A stretch of 64,000 bases of DNA, from the IMG/VR virus record IMGVR_UViG_3300045303_000172, positions 14,289 to 78,288 of that record, one strand, 5' to 3'. A model generated the notes under the pieces. That model was not told the origin of the DNA. It ran no database searches and saw only the letters and a list, made by a program, of their open reading frames with translations. The translations under genes and the position numbers were made by a program. This document shows positions 56,423-64,000 of the stretch, one piece after another. Each line of letters begins with the position of its first letter. The first letter of the stretch is position 1. This DNA comes from a virus.

Positions 56423-56867
56423 TCAGATCTGCGATGTTCCTTTCTCCATCTGGCTTCTGGAATCCTTGCCGGCGCCGCTTCTTCTCCCGCCACCTTGCCT
56501 GCGCCTCACGGTTCTGCTTTCGGCGCCGGTCGACGTCCCGGCCTTCGCGGTATTTTCGGAAGTTGACCACGCGGTAGGTGAAGCCATCGATCTTGACCAA
56601 CCGGCGCCCTTCCTCTTCCGGGCTCCTGGACTTTGGATCCGGACGACAGAGGAAGTCGATCGCTCTTTGCACGTCCCCCTCTTCCTCGCCGAATATCTTA
56701 GCCAAGTAGGACGGGTTTACCTCGACGTAACCAGTGAGCACGCCATTGTCCTCGACCGGCTGAGCGTGAGCGATAATAAAACCCATTACAGCGAATGACA
56801 GCGCGCCACAGCCGATTAGCGACCCCGTATACATGGTAGAATAGTGCTTACCAAAATTGCCGTTCAT
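56382..56867 (-). CDS. replisome-organiser-like phage protein
   Basis: FGK.Y..MY.GSL...PDPKSRSPEEEGRRL...VVNFRKYR...NREAQARWR. Confidence 0.7.
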   Translation of the reverse strand: MNGNFGKHYSTMYTGSLIGCGALSFAVMGFIIAHAQPVEDNGVLTGYVEVNPSYLAKIFGEEEGDVQRAIDFLCRPDPKSRSPEEEGRRLVKIDGFTYRVVNFRKYREGRDVDRRRKQNREAQARWREKKRRRQGFQKPDGERNIADLNGHCDKGTPMPDF

Positions 56868-57375
56868 ATTCGCTCTTTAGGCACTGTGTAATTTGACCGC
56901 TTACGCAGCATGACAGCTCATGACATAAGATCGCTATGTCCGAAACATGATCAATTCCAAGCTTACTAAACAACCCATAACTCGCACTGAAGTGTGGCAT
57001 TTGCACAGCGGTAAGCAACAATAATTCTTACATATCTACAATCAGCCAAAATAAGCCTAAGCAGAAGCAGAGTGCGGAGGTTCATTTCCAGGTCGTTTCC
57101 AGGCCAAAGCGTGCCGTAAACCCACCTCCATTCGCTCGCCTGGAGACGTGGGCATACCCCGCGCTGCCCCACCCATGGATGATGGCTCATTTTATCCACC
57201 CTCTCAGAGCGGGATTGGAACGGGGTGAGAAAGGCTGAGGTTGAGTGCTATAGGAGGGTGGGTAGGAGGCGGGTCTAAGCGTGCCGTATAGGGGCATACA
57301 TTGGCGAGCCAGCGCACCCCGCCCACCCCCGCTAACCCCCGGCGGTCTGTTCGGCTGGCTTAGGTCCGTTCCGCG

Positions 57376-57891
57376 CCAGGGGCGTCGCTGGCTATCATGA
57401 AAGACGGACGCCTCATTGCAGCGCGTGCCTTCGGTTACGCCGATCCCGAGAACTCGGGCGAACTCGTCCAGCCCGACTCCCTTTTCGCCCAGGGCAGTCT
57501 CTCGAAGGCGATCACAGCGACGGCCACGCTCAAACTCGTGGACGAAGGCGAGCTCAATCTCGATGACCAAGTGTTCCCGCTGCTCAACTTCCCGTCCCCG
57601 ACCTTCCCGGGCGCGAAGATGGATGCCCGCCTGACGAACATCACGGTCCGACATCTCCTTAACCATACCGCGGGATGGGATCGAGACGCAGCCAAGAACC
57701 CCAATGGTGGTCAGGGGTTTGATCCACCTTTTTGGTTCAAGCGCCCCGCCGCCGACTTGGGAATCACGAACCAACTCACGGCTCAAGACATGGTCCGCTG
57801 GATGACCGGATCCCCTCTGCAAACGAAACCGGGCACCACGTTCGCCTATTCAAGTCAGGGTTATACCACGGCGGGTGTGTTGCTGGAGCAC
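57376..57891 (+). pseudogene. internal fragment of a beta-lactamase-like serine hydrolase
   Basis: PGASLAIMKDG, GSLSK (SxxK), TVRHLLNHTAG, PGTTFAYSS; in-frame TAG at 57361; similarity lost after about 57891. Confidence 0.8.
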
Positions 57892-58286
57892 AACGGCCGT
57901 CCGACCCAGGTACAAACTGACGGCGCGAGCGGTGGGGCAGAACGGGCGGCAGTGGGGCAACCGGACAAAAGTCCCGTTCCGCGACGAGAACACACAAGCT
58001 GGACGGACACCTAATCCCAAGTAACTTGGTCAAGATTACACGTCATTCGACCCTGCTTTCGTCCGTCCCAGCGCTTACTCCGTGCCCTATCCGGCTGCGT
58101 GTGGCTTCGATTCAGGCGTCCGTTGCCCCGAGTTCTGGCTCAGTCCTGGCTCTTGGCTTGGTTCGGCTTCTGTGGCGTTTGGAGCTTCGTTAGTCCATGG
58201 CTTCTTGGCATGGTAAACCCCTCATAAAGAGGCGCGGCGTTCAACGTTGGCCCCTGACGGGTAGTGGGCTACTTTGAAAAACACTA

Positions 58287-58314
58287 TTGACAAACCCAAC
58301 AGTTTGGTTATTCT
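58287..58314 (+). promoter_or_regulatory. sigma70-like promoter just inside the left inverted repeat
   Basis: TTGACA-16 nt-TATTCT. Confidence 0.6.
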
Positions 58315-58567
58315 CATTTTCGTTCGGTGGAAAATGGTTCTGGCGACACTGAGCAAAAACAAAATACTGCCACCCGCGCTAACGGTGAACCAAAGAAAGT
58401 AAAAAGCGAACTCAGAAAAAACAACTACAGTCTCCGGTCAACGTCTTCAGGTTACTTGCCGCGCTCTCGGCATTGCTTACAAAGAGTCTGGTGAGTGGGT
58501 AAAAACCAGCCGCAATTACCCCGCAAAATGGTGTGTTGACGGCGTTATTGTCAGTGATACCGACGCG

Positions 58568-59467
58568 GTGACACTCCAAGCCCACATTGACGCCAAGCGC
58601 GCCAAGGAACAAGCAAAGCACGCCAAGGCAAGCCACGCCTACGAACGGCGCAATGCAGCAGAGGCGAGGGCTAGAGAAGAAGTGACCGCAAAACTTGGCG
58701 CATGCCCTGCTCGCGTGGCGGAGGGCGACAACACGGCCCGCGCTGCATGGCAACAAGCCAAATTCGAAGCGACTGAAAGTTTCCTTATGTTGGACGCGGA
58801 CTACGCCGCTGAAAAAGCCAAGGACCAAAAGAAGCGCGACAGTGCTGCGAAACGCACCACCAAAGAAATTGCGGCCATTTCTGCGAGCGTGAATAAACGC
58901 TGGGCCATGGACTCAACAGAAGTGAAAGAGTTTGCAGAACATGCCAACGAACCAGGTAAAGGCCGGGTTGTGCGCACCAAGACAGCTTGCACCGAAGACT
59001 TTGACACCAAGGTTTACATCGCTTTGGTCGCTTGGGTGCGACACAACAAAACCACTTACGACGACGACAGAGCCGACGCAAAAGACAGTGCCTACTCTGG
59101 CTATTTGCAAGCCAAAGAATGGGGCGACAGCGATCGCGGAGAATTGCTTGATGAAGCCAGAATGGAGTCAAGACGTGCCCGAAACGAACTTCATAAAAAA
59201 TACACCGCTGAAGCCGTGGCGTGGTTGGAAGCAAAGAAAACGCCGCAAGGCGCTAACCCTGCGGCGTCAGTGAACTCGTCTGACGAGTCCGCCTCAACCG
59301 CTTGCACGGTTGCCCAGCCAATGGCGGAAGCTGGGTGTTCGGTGGCCAATGGCCAACAGGAAGAAAACACGGTGCCAGTCAATTTTCAAGGTCAAATGTG
59401 CGTTTCGTGCGCAAAGTCATGGGAAGACTGCGAATGCAAAATGGCGGCAAATTGTTTCCGTGTATGA
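58568..59467 (+). CDS. passenger gene, charged helical protein with C-terminal CxxC...CxC
   Basis: 299-aa ORF inside the element; start uncertain. Confidence 0.6.
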   Translation: MTLQAHIDAKRAKEQAKHAKASHAYERRNAAEARAREEVTAKLGACPARVAEGDNTARAAWQQAKFEATESFLMLDADYAAEKAKDQKKRDSAAKRTTKEIAAISASVNKRWAMDSTEVKEFAEHANEPGKGRVVRTKTACTEDFDTKVYIALVAWVRHNKTTYDDDRADAKDSAYSGYLQAKEWGDSDRGELLDEARMESRRARNELHKKYTAEAVAWLEAKKTPQGANPAASVNSSDESASTACTVAQPMAEAGCSVANGQQEENTVPVNFQGQMCVSCAKSWEDCECKMAANCFRV

Positions 59468-59709
59468 ACCGCCTCTGTAACGAAGACCGCGTGCGGGTGC
59501 TGGCTTGCCTGATCGAGGGTAACAGCATCCGCGCTACTGTCCGCATCACCGGAATCGCCAATGGGCGACTTTGGTTTAATTTTGGGACGGCCTCCCTTCG
59601 CACCGTTCCGCCTGGCCGCTTCAGATTTTGCTTCAGACTTAGCGCTTCCAATTAATGAGCCGACGTTGACTTCGTGGGGTTTTCCGCAATTTGGGCATGT
59701 AAATTTCAT
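59392..59709 (-). CDS. small Zn-ribbon protein with SEAK..AAR.NG.KGGRP basic motif (native end probably lost)
   Basis: CPNCG; KSEAKSEAARRNGAKGGRPK. Confidence 0.6.
   Translation of the reverse strand: MKFTCPNCGKPHEVNVGSLIGSAKSEAKSEAARRNGAKGGRPKIKPKSPIGDSGDADSSADAVTLDQASQHPHAVFVTEAVHTRKQFAAILHSQSSHDFAHETHI
59464..59559 (+). pseudogene. truncated IS1-family transposase N-terminal HTH
   Basis: MNRL..EDRVRVLACLIEGNSIRATVRITGIA, then similarity ends. Confidence 0.65.
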
Positions 59710-60269
59710 GCCACAAACTTACCCAGCAGTTAGCTTTTTGCATTACCTTTTTCAAAGTAGCCCACTACCCGAAAATTGGCACGGAGCCGTGGAGCTCCAC
59801 CACGCCTGGAAAAGTGGCGGTTGGCGCTCCAACGACGGAGCATTTGCTGCAACCAGGACGTCTCCCGGTCCGCGTGGCGCCGGCCACTGCTACCAACCGT
59901 AAAGTGGCCGACCCTGCTCCTTCACGAGCTGATGTCTTGGTCTGCCCTTGGGCCTTCGCGCCGTACGAGCGAGAGAGCTTTATCGGGTTCGCCATCCACG
60001 GGCCGGGTAAGGTGGACTGCCAGGTTGTCCTACCGCGCTGTAGAAAGAGCCGTCTGTGCGCGGCCTCTGATGAACACGAACCATTTCACCGCCACTTTTG
60101 CCCTTTGCCGGCCGATTTGTCAAGCAACTCAATTCCCCTGCTGGCGTGAGACTTACAGCCGCTGTGCAAAATAAAGCGTGACAATGCGCAAGCGGTTTGG
60201 TAGGTTGAGCGCATGAAAACAAACCTACTCCGCCCGACAAATGATCGACGGCGAGTAGCAGGAGGCTCG

Positions 60270-60407
60270 ATGAAAAAGCTAACCCTCTCCGAATTCAGCC
60301 GCAAGGGCGGCAAAGCCGGTCGCGGCAAATCCAAAGCTCGCACGACAGAGCAGGCACGCGCGGCGGCAATGGTGCGCTGGAGCAAGCGGCCGAAGCCCAA
60401 AGAGTAA
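60270..60407 (+). CDS. small basic KGG-type protein
   Basis: GGAGG RBS; FSRKGGKAGRGKSKAR...AAA..RW. Confidence 0.6.
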   Translation: MKKLTLSEFSRKGGKAGRGKSKARTTEQARAAAMVRWSKRPKPKE

Positions 60408-60511
60408 CCCATGCCGGGCGCGTCCCGGCAATGCTCCCCCGGTGCGGCGTCCACGTCGCGGGAGCGGGCAACGGACAAAACGTCCGGCTGATGCACCAAT
60501 TGAGCAAGCGA

Positions 60512-60712
60512 ATGAAAGCAATGACACTTCAAGAAAACCTGGCGCAAATAGCAGCTAACCACAAAACCGACGTTGAGTCCGGTTTGAGCCATGCGGAAGC
60601 CTCGGAGTCAGACGCCTTTGAGCTCCGGGTGCTCGGTCTTCCGGAGCCGACGAGTAAACGGTATGGAGCGGCCGGTTACTCTGGCTGCTACGACGACGAC
60701 AACGACTATTGA
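60512..60712 (+). CDS. hypothetical protein
   Basis: Short ORF with acidic tail. Confidence 0.4.
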   Translation: MKAMTLQENLAQIAANHKTDVESGLSHAEASESDAFELRVLGLPEPTSKRYGAAGYSGCYDDDNDY

Positions 60713-61218
60713 CCCTTTCTGAGCTTGCCGACCGAACGGCGGCTGTCTTGGTGGGTTTACTCATGGCTGGACGCTACGCCCGGACGTGGGCGCCGTCCAG
60801 ACACCAAAACACCGGAGTGGCTGTCCTCCGGTGTGTGGCTGGTCTGTCCCGGCGTGATAAGTAAGGCCGGGAGAGGAAAATGGTTTCAGCTATCGCTTGC
60901 GACACGAAATATCAATAGTCCTTCCCGATTGATCGTCCCGGCGCCAAACGCATTGATCGAGCCCGCGCCGCGACATGGCGTCGTACACTTCGACATTCCG
61001 GCACTCGTGTTTTTCAGCCGCTTCAATGGCATCCAATCGGGATTGATGCGCGGATATGAGTCCGCATCCAACTAAGCAGCACGCCTGGAAGCGATCATGG
61101 GCCAGCGTGAAAACCTTGCCGTCGCCGTCTTTCACTTCGCCCCTTTCTCCGCCATGGCGAGGGCGGCGCACTGTTTGCTCAATCCAGTCGATAACATCTT
61201 CGCTGGTGCTGGTGTGGC

Positions 61219-61629
61219 CTACTTGCTCATGACTTCCCCTCCGCAAATAGCCATGGCGGCGCGGGCCTGTTCGCGTAGTCTAGCTATCTCCTCCACGGTT
61301 GGTGTGCGCTCGCAAGCCCATTCGTCAAGGGCCTCCCATGTATCTCGGAGCGCATCGATCATGGCTTCCTGCGCGTTGACCGCTCTTACGATCAATTCAG
61401 CGTTGGCTTCGCATTGCGTGTTCTCGTGGTGCATCTGGCAGACGAAGTCGCCGGACGGCGCGGTAATTTCCAGCGGCTGCTCCGGGTCTTGGTCCTTCCA
61501 AAGCTTCCACGGTAGCGGCGATGGCGTCATTTGCCGTGCCTGCATTTTCAACGCGAACACTTCGCGCTCGTGCTGCTTCGCGGCCTCGGTGGCTTCGTGG
61601 CTGTCGGGATTTTCTCGGTAGGATTTCAT
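61219..61629 (-). CDS. phage early-region protein (TP.PW...ANA.LI..A family)
   Basis: SPLPWK...EANAELIVRAVN...MIDAL. Confidence 0.7.
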   Translation of the reverse strand: MKSYRENPDSHEATEAAKQHEREVFALKMQARQMTPSPLPWKLWKDQDPEQPLEITAPSGDFVCQMHHENTQCEANAELIVRAVNAQEAMIDALRDTWEALDEWACERTPTVEEIARLREQARAAMAICGGEVMSK

Positions 61630-61827
61630 GGTGTGGAATTAGAGTTTGAATGACGGTGCTACCGGAATGGACTTGAGTATCCCAAGAACAACCTTGTCTG
61701 TTGCTTGCACGCGACGAGCGCGTTGCGCTCTGTTTCGACCGCCCAGAAGTTCGCAATTTGAAAGCAAGCTGCCCTTGGTGTCGAACACTGACCAGCGATA
61801 GAGGCGTTTTGTTTGCATATCGCCTCC

Positions 61828-62130
61828 TCAAAACCCGGGCGCTCCACCCAATTCAGTGTCACTCCACACTTGGGAGCCGTCGAACACGCCGCCGCAATCT
61901 TCCTCTCGGAATCGCGGGCTGGCGTTCGCACGGATCGGCGCTGGCGCGTCCTCTGCCAGCTTAAGCCGCTCAACGTCCGCATCCGTGTAGAATTGCTGGT
62001 CCGGGTACTCGAGCATCTGAACATCCTGGCGGGCGCGATCACCGACGCGAACCAGGTGAATCATCCATCCGCGCTTGTTGCTCGCGCACCCGGCGAATTC
62101 CCACAAGTGGGCGTTGTCGGTGTGGTTCAT
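61828..62130 (-). CDS. hypothetical protein
   Basis: Coupled ORF ending in EEDCGGVFDG..V.SD. Confidence 0.55.
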   Translation of the reverse strand: MNHTDNAHLWEFAGCASNKRGWMIHLVRVGDRARQDVQMLEYPDQQFYTDADVERLKLAEDAPAPIRANASPRFREEDCGGVFDGSQVWSDTELGGAPGF

Positions 62131-62339
62131 CGCGCATCCTCCCGCTCACGAAGAATGGCCGCGATGTCGTTCGCGATTGCGTTTTGGGCGAAGTCTGGGC
62201 AGGTGTGGCCGTCCTTCCGATAGCTGTCAGCAGTATCGTTGACGGCTTGGCGGATCATTGGAGCATCGTTATGCGCTGAGCGCGGGAGGCTCGACGAGAC
62301 GCACTCTATTAGAGTAGCGCGTGTGATTCGTGTCTTCAT
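62127..62339 (-). CDS. hypothetical protein
   Basis: Coupled ORF. Confidence 0.5.
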   Translation of the reverse strand: MKTRITRATLIECVSSSLPRSAHNDAPMIRQAVNDTADSYRKDGHTCPDFAQNAIANDIAAILREREDAR

Positions 62340-62689
62340 TGTAGTAAAATGCCCCGCCGAAGTTTGTCCGGCCCGTGAAACGAGCCCATCAGCGGGGCAA
62401 ATTGTTGGATTTTTATGAGGGACAAAACTCATGTTGCTGCAAACTATACACTCGGCTTAGCGGCTGTCAACAGCAATTTCACTTGCACAGGTGAAACGGC
62501 TGAACTCCCCCTCGGATGAGGACAAAGAGTATTGTGTGCATCAAGAATCAGCCGCTTACGCGTCCGGATTGAGAAACAACCGGGCGCGGAACCTTTTGAA
62601 GGCTATGGATAAACCAACTCGAATGGATACTTCGACCGCATGGGTTTGCTGGAGGCTATTCGCCAATTTCGCCGTGGTTTCGCAGGTTT

Positions 62690-62956
62690 TCAGTCCAAGT
62701 AACTGGACTCACGTCGGGCCTCATCGCGTTGAATGGCTCGTTCAAGCTCAGCATCCTCGGCCACTTGAGCAGCTTTCTCGGCAATGTCTCCCTGGTCCAG
62801 TTCGGCGCCACACTCCGGGCATTTTTCAGGATTGCAGTCGTCGGCGCTGCCATCGTGGCATTGCTCCACTGGCCCTGAGGTTTGAGCATCTTCGCCGAAG
62901 GTAAACTCAACCTCGACCTCCGCGTCACACTCGCGGCAGTTGACGGTCAGGTTCAT
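62690..62956 (-). CDS. Zn-ribbon protein
   Basis: CREC...CPECG. Confidence 0.6.
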   Translation of the reverse strand: MNLTVNCRECDAEVEVEFTFGEDAQTSGPVEQCHDGSADDCNPEKCPECGAELDQGDIAEKAAQVAEDAELERAIQRDEARRESSYLD

Positions 62957-63035
62957 GGGCCAACGGCGATAATAGGAGCCGCAGTGGTTGGCGCTTTGGC
63001 GAGCCCACGCGCGCGTGTGGGTTGGGTGGTCATTT

Positions 63036-64000
63036 TCAGGTTTGAACCGCTGGAGAATACTCAGCTTCCTCAACGCCGAACGTCCACGCTACAGCCTCTT
63101 TCGCTCGTTTCATTGTCGGCGGTACACGTAAAAAATAATCTCGGAAAAGCCCGTTAGGTTCGGGAGTAGAGTTAACAACTTTTACCATCACAATGGGTTC
63201 ATCGCCCGGCAGTTCGGTGCGATAGAGAGTACCCCAATCGTCTTTGTGAATCTCCGCCGCACCGGATTCACTGAGGTATCGGCTTTGCCCGTACTGCTCA
63301 ATTAGCACGCGTCGAACTTCGACGTTGCGTTCATCCTCGATTTCTTTGACGGTAATCCACTCGGGTTTTACGACCGCATATGCTGGGACCATCACGCCAC
63401 GAACAAAATATAGGTTTTCGATATCGCATCGAATAGCCGGTCCATCCATGGAATGCAGCAACCTTTCGGGCGTCTTCTTGACCTCTGGCTTGGCGATCCA
63501 GTAAAGGGTGTCCGGGGTCCAAAAAAGCATCCAACAGCCAGCTACAAAAGCGTCCAACAATGGCTCAGACCATGCGGACACTGCCGGTTTGGATGGATTC
63601 CTAGCGCCAAACGCTGTAGTTGCGAGCCAAGACAGATCCCAGCTCCACCACCAGTTTCCGCGAAATACACACCAGTTGGCGAACTCTTTCAATAGAACTT
63701 CGGCATGGATCGCGGCCCTCGCGTCCCTCGCGGCCATCGCGTCCATCGCGGCCATCGCGTCCATCGCGGCCATCGCGTCCCTCGCGTCCCTCGCGGCCAT
63801 CGCGTCCATCGCGGCCATCGCGTCCATCGCGTCCCTCGCGGCCCTCGCGGCCCTCGCGTCCATCGCGTCCCTCGCGTCCCTCGCGGCCATCGCGGCCATC
63901 GTGTCCCTCGCGTCCCTCGCGTCCATCGCGGCCATCGCGTCCCTCGCGGCCCTCGCGGCCATCGCGGCCCTCGCGGCCCTCGCGGCCCTCGCGGCCCTCG
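63036..64000 (-). CDS. DUF6745-like protein with N-terminal tripeptide repeats (5' end outside the window)
   Basis: LHSMDGPAI...GV.VP...I..E.NVEVRRV.IE.YG...VKVVNSTPEPNG...YFLRVPP....A.EAVAWTFG. Confidence 0.8.
   Translation of the reverse strand, partial: RAARAARAARAAMAARAARDAMAAMDARDARDTMAAMAARDARDAMDARAARAARDAMDAMAAMDAMAARDARDAMAAMDAMAAMDAMAARDARAAIHAEVLLKEFANWCVFRGNWWWSWDLSWLATTAFGARNPSKPAVSAWSEPLLDAFVAGCWMLFWTPDTLYWIAKPEVKKTPERLLHSMDGPAIRCDIENLYFVRGVMVPAYAVVKPEWITVKEIEDERNVEVRRVLIEQYGQSRYLSESGAAEIHKDDWGTLYRTELPGDEPIVMVKVVNSTPEPNGLFRDYFLRVPPTMKRAKEAVAWTFGVEEAEYSPAVQT
63711..64000. repeat. tandem 9-bp repeat CGCG[G/T]CC[C/A]T, about 32 units, running off the window end
   Basis: Directly visible; encodes [M/R]-[D/A]-A on the minus strand. 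Confidence 0.95.

Larger units (their letters stand above)
58258..59771. mobile_element. non-autonomous IS1-like element with a passenger gene
   Basis: Perfect 24-bp inverted repeats CGGGTAGTGGGCTACTTTGAAAAA (58258-58281) and TTTTTCAAAGTAGCCCACTACCCG (59748-59771); internal transposase N-terminal remnant; no target duplication visible. Confidence 0.75.

Noticed and set aside
57397-58014. Functional phage-borne beta-lactamase
   Set aside because: Lacks the N-terminus and the whole C-terminal half, including the third catalytic motif
56870-62700. tRNA genes, integrase or att site
   Set aside because: No cloverleaf pattern or recombinase motif recognised by eye; a tRNA scan would be needed to exclude them fully
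63711-64000. Possible CRISPR array or DGR variable region
   Set aside because: 9-bp tandem units with no spacers; no cas or reverse transcriptase gene and no template/variable repeat pair seen

Overview
This window is most of the genome of a tailed dsDNA phage with a podovirus-like layout; I see no host housekeeping genes, rRNA, tRNA or CRISPR array. A minus-strand morphogenesis operon (33.7 kb down to 0.3 kb) runs: portal, scaffold, major capsid, a head-tail adaptor fused to a purple-acid-phosphatase domain, an Ig/vWA protein, a cassette of five glycosyltransferase-like genes plus an FkbM methyltransferase with a Tad1 anti-defence sponge gene inside it, an FN3/Gly-rich fibre, a tail nozzle, and three cysteine-free ejection proteins ending in a 3084-aa polyvalent protein (pyrophosphatase and HExxH protease domains). 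A divergent, mostly plus-strand block (33.9-46.8 kb) holds a C5 methyltransferase encoded in two overlapping frames, terminase, an antisense LAGLIDADG endonuclease, an N4/N6 methyltransferase, ParB-like protein, SF2 helicase, primase, DUF5131, DUF2303 and a RusA-like resolvase. A second minus-strand block (54.7-46.8 kb) has fibre/adhesin-like proteins with signal-peptide-like N-termini and a chain of small membrane proteins. The right end (55-64 kb) is an accessory region with a captured serine-hydrolase fragment, a non-autonomous IS1-like element with perfect 24-bp inverted repeats and a cargo gene, and a DUF6745-type gene with a two-position 9-bp repeat. The best candidates for new biology are (i) a glycosylated, Cys-rich virion with exported appendages and a phosphatase on the neck, (ii) the 1.1-kb dual-coding methyltransferase and (iii) anti-defence genes hidden in the late operon. 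All family calls come from recognising motifs by eye; no searches were run.
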